Virus record (IMG/VR): IMGVR_UViG_3300050120_000121
Location: 1 to 64,000 of that record
DNA from: a virus
Length of the DNA: 64,000 nucleotides
Reading direction: 5' to 3' (one strand)
Part shown: positions 34,991 through 44,516 of the stretch, piece by piece
Layout of the letters: every line of letters begins with the position of its first letter
How positions within the stretch are numbered: position 1 is the first letter of the stretch
The notes under the pieces: model-generated
Databases searched by the model: none
What the model saw: only the letters and a program-made list of their open reading frames with translations
What the model was told of the DNA's origin: nothing
Made by a program: the position numbers and the translations under genes

Positions 34991-36430
34991 ATGGACGCAT
35001 CTGTCAATCAAGTCGACGCTTCGGATCGGTATCGCGAGAATCGCGGAATCGGTTGGCAGTATCGCTTGAAAGACCTGAATGGGGCGTTGCTCGGCGGCGG
35101 GTTGGCATACGACACCGTTTCTGGCAATCCCAATGTCGACCGCACTCGAATGTCAGCAACGGCAACAATCAGTGATGCCACCATTGACAGAGTTGGCGAC
35201 GTTTTGCTTCCGCAAGGATGTGTTCTGGATGATTATCGACGAAATCCGGTATGTCTGTGGAACCACGGCCTAGACCACTCGGTTCCGTTCGCCATCGGAA
35301 AAGCAGAAGACGAAAACGGAAATCTCGCAATTCAGATCACCGAAACGGAAGTCATCGGGACAACCTATTTCGCAAAAAGTAATCCGATCGCGGTTCAAAT
35401 TTTCCAGTTGATTGACGAAGGGGTTATTAAAGCCGTCTCAGTCCGCGAAACACCGCTTGAGCAGAAGCAAATCTTTCGCAACGGTCAGAACGTAACTCTT
35501 GTTCCACGGTGGACATTGGAAGAATTCAGTTGGACGAATGTAGGAGTGAATCCTTCTGCTGTTCGAAAAACTCTCTCTCGAAATCGACTCGACGGCAAAC
35601 CGATCCTTGAACCGATTTACAAATCACTGACCGCAACACTTCCTCAGAAACCAGCAACATCCCACGGCGGATTTGTGGAGCAACCAGCAATGGCCAGCAA
35701 ACTGAAGTCTGAAGATTCTGAGATGGATGACGATGACACCACGAAAACCGCAGCGGAAACGCCTGCCGATGAAAAGCCGAACGACGGCGAAAAGCCAGCG
35801 GAAGCATCGGAAGACAAGCCAAAAGAAAATCCCGACGACGTGATGAAAGACGACGAACCCAAAGTGGGCGATCCAAATGAGGACGCAAAATTGGGACGGC
35901 AAGCAATTGGCTATGTCGATGATGGTTGCAAGTCGCTTCGCGGGACGATTCGCTCTTGCTGCAAGTCGATGGAAGAACCCGATGTAAAAGCCCATCTCGA
36001 AGCACTTCATGACACTCTCGGCGAGCATAGCACGGCACTTCAAGGTCTACGTCAAGAAAAATACCCGATGTCCAGCGTCTTGAAAGATGAGGACATGGGC
36101 GGTGGGGACGAGTCTGGTGGCGAAGACGAGGGCGGTGGCGACTCCGATTCAGCGATGAAGTCGATGTTGGCAACGTTCAGTATAAAGCGACATGGATTCG
36201 GTGGTTGCGTTGAACATGTCAAGGATGTTCTGAGGACTTGCAAGAGTCTGTCCGCCGACGAAAAACGAAAGTTGAATATTGCCATCGACGGCTTTACGAA
36301 GATCAAGTCGCAGGCCAAGTCACTCTACGAAGAATCATTGAAACGCGACACAAAAACCGAAAAGAAACCCGCGATTACCTCCGCTCAACAGGCCGAAATT
36401 GACGCCGCGTTTGCTCTGCTGAAGTCTTAA
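34991..36430 (+). CDS. HK97-family prohead protease with long C-terminal scaffold-like extension
   Basis: DRVGDVL, NPVCLWNH, IG, AVSV, LEEFSW..VGVNPSA. Confidence 0.9.
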   Translation: MDASVNQVDASDRYRENRGIGWQYRLKDLNGALLGGGLAYDTVSGNPNVDRTRMSATATISDATIDRVGDVLLPQGCVLDDYRRNPVCLWNHGLDHSVPFAIGKAEDENGNLAIQITETEVIGTTYFAKSNPIAVQIFQLIDEGVIKAVSVRETPLEQKQIFRNGQNVTLVPRWTLEEFSWTNVGVNPSAVRKTLSRNRLDGKPILEPIYKSLTATLPQKPATSHGGFVEQPAMASKLKSEDSEMDDDDTTKTAAETPADEKPNDGEKPAEASEDKPKENPDDVMKDDEPKVGDPNEDAKLGRQAIGYVDDGCKSLRGTIRSCCKSMEEPDVKAHLEALHDTLGEHSTALQGLRQEKYPMSSVLKDEDMGGGDESGGEDEGGGDSDSAMKSMLATFSIKRHGFGGCVEHVKDVLRTCKSLSADEKRKLNIAIDGFTKIKSQAKSLYEESLKRDTKTEKKPAITSAQQAEIDAAFALLKS

Positions 36431-36488
36431 ATTCGTGGCCGAATGGCCAGATGTCCGGTCCACGATCTCTGTTCAAGGATTGAATGAA

Positions 36489-37832
36489 ATGCCAACTGTT
36501 GAAGAACTCGTTGCCGAAACGAAAAAGACTGTTGCCGAACGCGATTCCGTCAAGGCTGAATTGAAATCGCTGAAGGACAAACTCAGTTCGACGGTCGATC
36601 CATCCTTGATCCATCGCGATGCAAGCGGTGCGTCGGCTGGCGGATGGGAAGAATCCGATGACGAACTGACGGCGGTTGTCGGTCGCGATGACTTGCGGGG
36701 AGTTCCGAAGCTCGAACGCCGATCGAGTGCGAAGTCAGTTATCAAGTCGCTCGTCAAGCAGGGCTACAAGCCGTATGGCGAGTTCAAGAGCTTTGGCGAA
36801 TTCATCAAGTTCGGCGTTGAAAACCGCGACTACAAAAACAAGATCGAAACTCGCGTTGGCGACCATTTCAAATCGGTCAGCAAGGCGATTCAGGGGATGA
36901 CGACCACTGACGGTTCCGATGGCGGATTCGCGGTCATGCCGGAATTCAGCAAGAACATCCTGGAGCGTTCATTCGACAACAATCTGTGGAATGAAACCGA
37001 CTCCTACACCGTCAGCGGAAACTCGATGACGTTTTTGGCCTCGGCTGAAATAAGCCGGGCTAACGGAAGTCGTCACGGCGGTCTGCAAGGCTTCTGGCAG
37101 GGTGAAGGTGGGGCTGGAACCAAGAGCAAGCCAACCATTCGCGAAGTCAATTTGAAGCTGGGCAAAATCATCATAATCGTCTACTTGACGAATGAACTGC
37201 TGGCGGACAACGCCTACGCTCTCGAACAGTACGTGACTCGCAAGGCAGGGGACGAAATCAAGTTCTTGCAAGGCGACTCGCTCATCAACGGCATCAGTTC
37301 TGGCGGTCAGCCGATGGGTTGGATCAATTCGCCGAATCTGGTCTCGGTGGCGAAGGAAGTCGGTCAGGACGCGAAAACGATTCAGACGATCAACGTCGAA
37401 AATATGTACTCGCGGTTCTTCGCTCCGATGCTTCCGAAAGCCAAGTGGTATCACCATCAGGACATTCAGCCACAACTCGACACGATGACTTTGGGTCTCG
37501 GTTTGGGACAGGTGCCGGTCTACCTGCCGCCCGGTGGGATGTCGGAAGCTCCATACGGGATGCTGAAGGGCCGGGCAATGCAGCCGACGGAATTCAATGC
37601 AACGTTGGGAACGCAGGGTGACTTGATGCTGGCGGACATGAGCCAAATGCTGTCCATCAGCAAGGGCGGAATTCAGCAGGCCGTTTCGATGCACGTTGAA
37701 TTCTTGACCGACCAACTGGCCATGCGGTTCACTCTGCGATGCGGTGCTCGTCCTTGGGAAAACACTCCGCTGACGCCATACAAGGGCACAAATAGTCAGT
37801 CGAGTTGTATCGCTTTGGACTCGCGAGCCTGA
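36489..37832 (+). CDS. Major capsid protein (HK97 fold) with N-terminal delta domain
   Basis: GSDGGFAVMPEFS, WQGEG, LTNELLAD, LING...PMG, GDLMLAD, FLTDQLAMRF. Confidence 0.95.
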   Translation: MPTVEELVAETKKTVAERDSVKAELKSLKDKLSSTVDPSLIHRDASGASAGGWEESDDELTAVVGRDDLRGVPKLERRSSAKSVIKSLVKQGYKPYGEFKSFGEFIKFGVENRDYKNKIETRVGDHFKSVSKAIQGMTTTDGSDGGFAVMPEFSKNILERSFDNNLWNETDSYTVSGNSMTFLASAEISRANGSRHGGLQGFWQGEGGAGTKSKPTIREVNLKLGKIIIIVYLTNELLADNAYALEQYVTRKAGDEIKFLQGDSLINGISSGGQPMGWINSPNLVSVAKEVGQDAKTIQTINVENMYSRFFAPMLPKAKWYHHQDIQPQLDTMTLGLGLGQVPVYLPPGGMSEAPYGMLKGRAMQPTEFNATLGTQGDLMLADMSQMLSISKGGIQQAVSMHVEFLTDQLAMRFTLRCGARPWENTPLTPYKGTNSQSSCIALDSRA

Positions 37833-38452
37833 AGCATTTTTTGATAGCTGTTCCATCGGCAGAGTTTACATGATCTCTGTCCGGTGGATTGACGGACGTA
37901 TGTATTGTCTGCTGTGAATTCATGACCATGAATGCAATGCGTTTTTTCTTGATTGTAATGACGTTCACGTTTTCGGACGTACGGTCTCTTCGTTCGGTTT
38001 TTTCTCCATACGGCGATGCAAATCGAACAAAGCCTAGTTCCTCTGGTATCAAACACAGTTGTCTCTTCGGTGAATTTATGCCCATTCTTGCAATGGGTTC
38101 TCTTTCTCAAATGATGGTTGTCCCCACGAGGTTGATTTTGCGGTCGAACTTGGGACGAAATTCGACCCTTCGCGGCCGCGTCTCGCATGTTGTCGGTTTG
38201 AGTTCCCAAGAACAAATGGGACGGATTGACACAAGAGCGATTGTCGAATTCATGCAAGACCATCAAGCTATCGGGGATTGGCCCAATGTAAAGTTCCCAA
38301 GAAACGCGATGAGCGGTAGTTCTGACTCCGGTTCTACTGATCGTCGATTGACCATATCCAGCCTTTGTTTTCGATCCAATCCAGTTCCAGCAACAGCCGA
38401 AATCAGCATCGGCTACATGAGTCAAGAACGAAGCAATTTTGTCTCTCTTCAT
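37796..38452 (-). CDS. Free-standing HNH homing endonuclease with two C-terminal Zn-ribbon repeats
   Basis: CWNWIG...GYG...AHRVSW...VLHEFDNRSCVNPSHL..GT..DN; THCKNGH and THCIHGH repeats; GGAG RBS. Confidence 0.9.
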   Translation of the reverse strand: MKRDKIASFLTHVADADFGCCWNWIGSKTKAGYGQSTISRTGVRTTAHRVSWELYIGPIPDSLMVLHEFDNRSCVNPSHLFLGTQTDNMRDAAAKGRISSQVRPQNQPRGDNHHLRKRTHCKNGHKFTEETTVFDTRGTRLCSICIAVWRKNRTKRPYVRKRERHYNQEKTHCIHGHEFTADNTYVRQSTGQRSCKLCRWNSYQKMLQARESKAIQLD

Positions 38453-38527
38453 GGCGAGTCTCCGGTTAATGTGTAATCGGGATTGTGACTTGCGGATTCT
38501 AGATACGACTTAACGAGGATACAAGCC

Positions 38528-39091
38528 ATGCAAGGCAACCGGACGTTTCTTGAGGGGTTGGATATCCACCCGCTGTTCTGGGAACAGGACGCGAACACGG
38601 ACATCACGGGCGATTGGCTTGGAATCGCCAATTATGGGCGAGCGTACATTCTGTTGGATAAGGCGGGGTCCGAACAGGTCGACGATCTTGGTTTGCAGAT
38701 CTTGCAGGCCAAGGACAACGCCGGAACCGGTGCCAAAGGCATGTTGGTCAGCCGGGCATGGTATAAAGCCGGGACCATGACCGCTCAAGGGTTATGGACG
38801 GCGGTTGCTCTCGGACCATCCGACTTTCTCGCATTCGGAACCAATACGTCATCTGGCGGTGTGAGCTATGCCACAACCGTCGATACGCGGGTGATTCCCG
38901 ACGCGACAACTCTGCCGTTTTCGATGCTGGTCGAGATTCGGAACGTCGAGTTCGACCAAGCGAACGGCTTCAAATACTTCACCGCGTTCATCGAAGGTGA
39001 CAACGTGAACAACACGTGCCTAATTACGGCACAAGGGATTCTGATGGACTGCGGCATCGCCGGGGCCATTCCTCCCAATCCGACGACCTGA
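38528..39091 (+). CDS. Putative head decoration/structural protein
   Basis: Position after the capsid gene; beta-rich. Confidence 0.55.
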   Translation: MQGNRTFLEGLDIHPLFWEQDANTDITGDWLGIANYGRAYILLDKAGSEQVDDLGLQILQAKDNAGTGAKGMLVSRAWYKAGTMTAQGLWTAVALGPSDFLAFGTNTSSGGVSYATTVDTRVIPDATTLPFSMLVEIRNVEFDQANGFKYFTAFIEGDNVNNTCLITAQGILMDCGIAGAIPPNPTT

Positions 39092-39160
39092 CATTTCTGC
39101 CAATGAGCCGCTCAGCTTCGTCTGAGCGGCTTGTTCTGATTCTCCTACACAGAGAGGGCC

Positions 39161-39646
39161 ATGATGGCCAACGAACAATCCCAAAAGCCAGACAAGTCAC
39201 GACACGAACGGCTGGAGACAATCGCTCTTCAGATTTTCGCATCGGCCATGTCGGTTGGTGTGCCTCCAATGCTTATCAATCAAGCGGCCAGACGAGCGTT
39301 CCAAGGGGCGAATGCCTTCATGGAACAATCGGACAAGTATGCTAGCGGAACGCCGATTCAACCGTTCATTCCGACCGGAATCCAGATGGCGAACTGCTCT
39401 GCTCCGAATCTGTCGAAAACGCATCCAATCAATCTGGTGGCCGTCAAGCATCAGCGACGTGACCACAGTTGGGCGGGTGGAGATTTGGAATTGGTCGCGA
39501 AGATTTGGGAACGCATCAAGGGAATTGACGTTGCCGATCCGGACATTGACCGACGACTGGAAGATTCTGACCTCGGAATCAACTGGACTCGTGATGAGAT
39601 TGTCACTGCCAAACATCTGTTCCCCGCGTACGTGGGCAAGAACTGA
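39161..39646 (+). CDS. Hypothetical protein
   Basis: RBS gagggg-like; lies within the structural operon. Confidence 0.6.
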   Translation: MMANEQSQKPDKSRHERLETIALQIFASAMSVGVPPMLINQAARRAFQGANAFMEQSDKYASGTPIQPFIPTGIQMANCSAPNLSKTHPINLVAVKHQRRDHSWAGGDLELVAKIWERIKGIDVADPDIDRRLEDSDLGINWTRDEIVTAKHLFPAYVGKN

Positions 39647-39690
39647 TTTCATACCTGTGCCTCGAAGTCGCTTTATTGCGGAGTTAGAAC

Positions 39691-40578
39691 ATGCCAGTCA
39701 CGAATAGTGCGAACTTCAAGCAAATTCGAGCCAGCGAACGGTTCACCGTGCATCCCTCGACTGGAAACGTATTCTTCGTTGACTCGGTGACGGGTTCGGC
39801 GACTGGCGGATATCACCCCGATGGTCCGGCCGCAACTCTCACGCAAGCACTGGCACTCTGTACCGCGAACAATAACGACACGATCTTCGTGTTTCCGACT
39901 CATGCGGAAGCGGTTGTCGGTGCGGCTGGAATTGCGTTCAACAAAGCTGGCGTCACTGTTGTGGGGATGGGAAGCGGTCGCGGACGACCAACGATTACCC
40001 TGTCGACATCAACCGCGGCACAAATCACGATCACGGCCGCGAACACGACGATTCAGAATTGCGTGTTTGACCTGACGGGAATTGACGCCATCGTCGCGGG
40101 AATCGCCATTACTGCCGCTGATGTCGCAATTCGCGGATGTGAATTCATCATGCAAGCCGCTGCTGCATCTCCAGCATTGGGGATTCTGACAGCCGCGACA
40201 GCCGCGAGGCTCGTGATTGATTCGAATCGGTTCTTGGGACTCGCGACCACGACAGGCGGAACTCTCGCCGCATGCGTTCAGCACGAAGTGGGCGTCGACT
40301 TCCAAATCACAAACAACTATTTCCGTGGCAAGATGACGCAAGCGGTCCTCAACGCCACAACGATTCTTGGCGGATTGATCGCGAATAACAAATTCCACAT
40401 CTATACCGGAACTAAGGGAATCTCTCTTGCGGCCGGTACGACTGGTTCGGGATTTGATAATCGACTCTCGGTTCCATCTGGAACAACGCCTGTCGTCGGT
40501 GCCGGATTCACATGGGCGTCGAATAATTATTCAACGGAAGCTCTGGCTGTTGGAACCCCAACCGCTGCGGCATTCTGA
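39691..40578 (+). CDS. Right-handed beta-helix structural protein (head fibre-like)
   Basis: GNVFFVDS..G...P.ATLTQAL...NDTIFV; beta-helix strands IQNCVF, IRGCEF, IDSNRF, ITNNYF. Confidence 0.7.
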   Translation: MPVTNSANFKQIRASERFTVHPSTGNVFFVDSVTGSATGGYHPDGPAATLTQALALCTANNNDTIFVFPTHAEAVVGAAGIAFNKAGVTVVGMGSGRGRPTITLSTSTAAQITITAANTTIQNCVFDLTGIDAIVAGIAITAADVAIRGCEFIMQAAAASPALGILTAATAARLVIDSNRFLGLATTTGGTLAACVQHEVGVDFQITNNYFRGKMTQAVLNATTILGGLIANNKFHIYTGTKGISLAAGTTGSGFDNRLSVPSGTTPVVGAGFTWASNNYSTEALAVGTPTAAAF

Positions 40579-40666
40579 TCGTCGACACGAATCGAAAAAC
40601 AAAAGCCAGTGGAACGCATCGTCGGTTCACTGGCTCTTTCGCAAGGCGGTAGAGAAAGGCGAACGG

Positions 40667-41326
40667 ATGGCACTTTCAACCGTTCCATCTTGTATGGCGC
40701 AAGCCGGAATGGTGTCCGTCACCGACGCACAGTCGGCACAGATGCAAGCGTTCATCAATGGAATTTCGGATCTCGTTTATCATCAGCTTCATCGCAATTT
40801 TGACGTCCGAACCTATACCGAATTTTACAGCGGCGATGGTTCGCCATTCATTCTGTTGCGACAGTATCCGGTGATTTCAGTTACGTCGATTTGCGAAGAT
40901 CCTGAAGGTAACTTTGGGCAGACAGCCGGTGGATTTGATTCATCGTTGAATCTTGTTCAAGGGGTCGACTGGGTTCTGATGGCTGGTCAGAACGGAATCG
41001 GTTCATCTGGAATGATTCGGCGGATCAAAGGTGCGTGGTGGGCACGTCACACGCGAGAACTTGGCATCGTTTCGAATTTGCCACCATTGCCGAGCGGAAA
41101 CATCAAGATTGTTTATACGGCCGGATACTCTCCGATTCCGTACGCGATTCAAATGGCCGTCAACTCTGCGGTGATGCGAGCAATGGCGACAGCAGCGGCC
41201 GGCGGTGCGGCTCAGTCGATGAGCTATGAAGATGCGACGATGACGTATGTGTCACCAGCGGATTTGGCGATGATCTTCGGCACGATTGAAAGCACATTGG
41301 GCAGTTATAAGGCGATTGTGATCTGA
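40667..41326 (+). CDS. Head-tail adaptor (gp6/gp15-like)
   Basis: LLRQYPVISVTSI...NIKIVYTAGY.PIP.AIQMA. Confidence 0.8.
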   Translation: MALSTVPSCMAQAGMVSVTDAQSAQMQAFINGISDLVYHQLHRNFDVRTYTEFYSGDGSPFILLRQYPVISVTSICEDPEGNFGQTAGGFDSSLNLVQGVDWVLMAGQNGIGSSGMIRRIKGAWWARHTRELGIVSNLPPLPSGNIKIVYTAGYSPIPYAIQMAVNSAVMRAMATAAAGGAAQSMSYEDATMTYVSPADLAMIFGTIESTLGSYKAIVI

Positions 41327-41952
41327 TGATGACCAGGGCCATCGCAGCGGGAATCATGGGGGCTTTAATCCCTGAACGCGGTCCGGCTGTTGTCACGCTG
41401 AACTATGGTAAATCAGCTTGTCCGCAGTATGGTACGATTTCTGGCAGTGGATCGACGATTACCGGGGTCGGGACCAAGTTCGTCACTGGCAATCCGCAGA
41501 TTCAAGTCGGAACTAAGATCGTCGTCAACAACTCAGCCGGAAGTCTGAACTATCTCGACGGCGGCGGGGTGAATTCGGTCGTCAGCGGCACACTGCTGAA
41601 CGTGACGGCGATTGCATCGGATACATCCCTAACGGTTTCACAGACGGGATTGGCGTTTGCTATGAAATCGTTCTTCACGGATTTGCGGACTGTGGTGAAC
41701 ATCAACGGAGCATGGAAAAAGCCAGTCTCGGGCAAACTTCAGCGATATGGCATGATGAATCTGCAAGGGGACGAGACGCTGCTGCACATACCCGACAACG
41801 AACTGAACGCGGCGGGAAACGGTTACGAAATCAAGACGGACGACACGATTGTGTTCGCAGGCGACACGTTCCAAGTCACATCGTCAGGCACAACATTGAA
41901 AACAGTTTTGACCGATTGGGTTTGTGTGTGCCGAAAGGTGTTGGCGAATTGA
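41326..41952 (+). CDS. Head-closure-like protein with an inserted fibre-type beta domain
   Basis: Position; C-terminal IKTDDTIVFAGDTFQV; internal TITGVGTKF...IASDTSLTV. Confidence 0.55.
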   Translation: MMTRAIAAGIMGALIPERGPAVVTLNYGKSACPQYGTISGSGSTITGVGTKFVTGNPQIQVGTKIVVNNSAGSLNYLDGGGVNSVVSGTLLNVTAIASDTSLTVSQTGLAFAMKSFFTDLRTVVNINGAWKKPVSGKLQRYGMMNLQGDETLLHIPDNELNAAGNGYEIKTDDTIVFAGDTFQVTSSGTTLKTVLTDWVCVCRKVLAN

Positions 41953-41963
41953 AAGGCTGAAGA

Positions 41964-42440
41964 TTGCCAGGAATTTCGAATCATTTCGATACGATGACCT
42001 ATCTCAAGGCCGTTATTGACAAATTGGCTTTGACGGGACTGACGGGCGGATGCGTCATTCAGGAAGTTGCTCAGTTTCAAGATGGCCAGATCGGAATTCC
42101 CTTTATTTCCGTCTCGCCATATGGACCTGAGCAGGCTGGCGAAGAATTGAATGATGTCGATGGCCATTATTATGGAACGGCCGTCATCATCATGGCCAAA
42201 AACGACACCAGTCTTTTAGAACAGCGATTGGCATGGCGGCAAACTCTCTGGCGAAACTTCAACAATGTCTCGCTTGATACCCTGAATTCGAAGTTCACGC
42301 TCGGATTGCCGTCGATTGGGATGAATTACACGCTGAAAGTGGAGCCGGGCAATTCGTTGGAACCGCAAACCGCATTTGATCGCAAGGGATTTATCAGCGG
42401 AATGATTGTTCGGGCACGATTTCAGGAACCGCGCTCGTGA
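41964..42440 (+). CDS. Putative tail terminator
   Basis: Position; PFISV motif. Confidence 0.55.
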   Translation: MPGISNHFDTMTYLKAVIDKLALTGLTGGCVIQEVAQFQDGQIGIPFISVSPYGPEQAGEELNDVDGHYYGTAVIIMAKNDTSLLEQRLAWRQTLWRNFNNVSLDTLNSKFTLGLPSIGMNYTLKVEPGNSLEPQTAFDRKGFISGMIVRARFQEPRS

Positions 42441-42892
42441 GTCATCTGCTGAACGGAATGAGTGCATTGGACTCGCTTTTCGCCGATATGGAAACTCGCG
42501 TTCAGGACGCAGACTATACGCCGGTTCTCGATCCGTTTCAGCAAACACTCGCGGAGCAACACGCAGGGCAATTCGCTGGCGAGTTTGATTCGAATCTGGA
42601 CTCATGGGCACCGTTGAAACCATCGACGATTAAGCGAAAGGGACACGATCGAATCTTGTATGAAACAGGGGCATTGCGGGCGAGTCTTGTGACGGTCGGA
42701 GGGCCGGGAAACATTCATGAGGTTACACCGTCAACTCTCCTATTCGGCACAAGTGACCAGAAAGCGTTGTATCATCAAGAGGGAACACGTAAGATGCCCG
42801 CACGACCACCAGTCGGAGTCAGTGAGGAGAATATTGACAAACTGGTAGATCAGATCGCGGATTCGACAGTCGAAATCTTGATGAGAGGCTGA
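42437..42892 (+). CDS. Virion morphogenesis/neck protein (Mu gpG-like)
   Basis: WAPLKPSTI...ILYETGALRAS...YHQEGT.KMPARP. Confidence 0.85.
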   Translation: MSHLLNGMSALDSLFADMETRVQDADYTPVLDPFQQTLAEQHAGQFAGEFDSNLDSWAPLKPSTIKRKGHDRILYETGALRASLVTVGGPGNIHEVTPSTLLFGTSDQKALYHQEGTRKMPARPPVGVSEENIDKLVDQIADSTVEILMRG

Positions 42893-42893
42893 T

Positions 42894-43229
42894 ATGGATA
42901 TCAACGGCTGTCAAATTGTTTCTGTCCTGAACGCGGATGCGGTGGATGGATTCACGCCTACGGTTTCGCGATACACGGGATGCCGTGAGTTTCCGAGGGA
43001 CGATCAGATCCCGAAAGGCTCCGTAAAGGTCTCGCGAGGACCATTCGCTACTATTCGCGATGCGATTATTTACGCACACTCATGGAGCGATGCGGATACG
43101 CCGCCTCCAATGCCCATTACTCCTGTCGCCGAAGTTCCAGTGACGATCGAAACCGCATCGGAAACCGTCGCGATTCAAATTGAACCAGCTTCCGCAAACC
43201 CGCCAATTGTGAGCGATGAAGTCAAATAG
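42894..43229 (+). CDS. Hypothetical protein
   Basis: Abuts the upstream stop. Confidence 0.5.
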   Translation: MDINGCQIVSVLNADAVDGFTPTVSRYTGCREFPRDDQIPKGSVKVSRGPFATIRDAIIYAHSWSDADTPPPMPITPVAEVPVTIETASETVAIQIEPASANPPIVSDEVK

Positions 43230-43337
43230 ATCCGGTGATGGCACCGAGAAGCAATTGCCTCCGCCGACGAATGGCAAAATGGAACGACTTGGAAAAGTCG
43301 TTAAAAACTCCAGTAAAAAAGAACAAGGGGTGATGTT

Positions 43338-44207
43338 GTGACAGAGGCAATGGCGTATCGTGGGCGTGTCACTCTTGGCGGAAACTATGCCGAATTCGTA
43401 TCCGATACGATCAAGCAAGAAATCGAAGTTGTCCAAGACGAAGGGATTCGCGGGACTCGCAGCCGAGTCATGGAACGCTTGGTGCTCGGTAATGTGAAGG
43501 TCGGCGGGAATATGGTGTTTAATCCGACTCCCGTTGAAATGGCGTTCTTGCTGCCATTGGTTACTGGAAGTTCGACAACCGCCACAGTGTTGACGGACGC
43601 ATTAGCCGATGTGACTGTTATTAAAGATTCTGGGACGGTCACTGACACGTTTATTGGCCGGATGAGCAAATACACATTCGAATTTGAGCCGGGCGAAAAG
43701 GTCAAATTGACGGCCGATTTCGTTGGGAAAAGTCGCTCTGTCGGGGCTGGTGGATCGCTGTCGACGGCACCGGATATTACGGTTGCTCCGTACTTTACGG
43801 CACAAATGGGGAGCGGAATCACGATTGGTGGTACCGTCTATCAAATTGCCAAGGCGACGTTGTCCATCGACAATAAGATCAGTCCGACGTATATGGCACA
43901 ATCGACGACGGCAACCGATTTGGAGCCGACAGACAGAATCGTAATGCTGGAATTGGAAACGAAATATAACGCAGCAGAAAACGCTTTGCTGATTCTGAAT
44001 GAAGCTGGTCCCATTATCGGATCGGCTTTGACCGCATCGCTCGCCCTGACGAATGGGGCGAACAGCATGACGTTTACGTTTGGTGCGTTGGTGGCTCCTC
44101 CCGAGACGATCACGATTCCGAATCGAGCCGCAAAATTACGTCTGCCGCTCAGATTCCAATGCTACAAGGTTGGAACCACGCTGGAAGTTGTGCCAGTTCT
44201 GGTCTAA
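43338..44207 (+). CDS. Major tail tube protein
   Basis: Position before chaperones and tape measure; GIRGTRS, LSIDN motifs. Confidence 0.8.
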   Translation: MTEAMAYRGRVTLGGNYAEFVSDTIKQEIEVVQDEGIRGTRSRVMERLVLGNVKVGGNMVFNPTPVEMAFLLPLVTGSSTTATVLTDALADVTVIKDSGTVTDTFIGRMSKYTFEFEPGEKVKLTADFVGKSRSVGAGGSLSTAPDITVAPYFTAQMGSGITIGGTVYQIAKATLSIDNKISPTYMAQSTTATDLEPTDRIVMLELETKYNAAENALLILNEAGPIIGSALTASLALTNGANSMTFTFGALVAPPETITIPNRAAKLRLPLRFQCYKVGTTLEVVPVLV

Positions 44208-44447
44208 TCAGGATCGTTTCGGAACCGTACCCGATCGAAATCCAGATTCTTCGACGACGACGGTTGCGGTTCCCAGATCCAATGCCTTGGCGAGTTTATT
44301 GTGTGCTTCGCCAACTTGGATGAGCAGATCGGCGAGCCATTTCTCGCGGATGGTGGATTCGGAATCATCGCGAATCAGGATGGCGTTGCGGAAGAACTCA
44401 GCGGGAAGTCCTTCTGCGGGCACTTCGATGTTGTATTTGATAGTCAT
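44208..44447 (-). CDS. Small antisense hypothetical protein
   Basis: AAAGGA RBS; fits in the gap between tail tube and chaperone. Confidence 0.5.
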   Translation of the reverse strand: MTIKYNIEVPAEGLPAEFFRNAILIRDDSESTIREKWLADLLIQVGEAHNKLAKALDLGTATVVVEESGFRSGTVPKRS

Positions 44448-44516
44448 GCGGATTCCTTTCGAGTTGTTCGGCAGGAATCATCTTAACACGGACTTTGTGC
44501 GAGGGAAGCAAGATTT

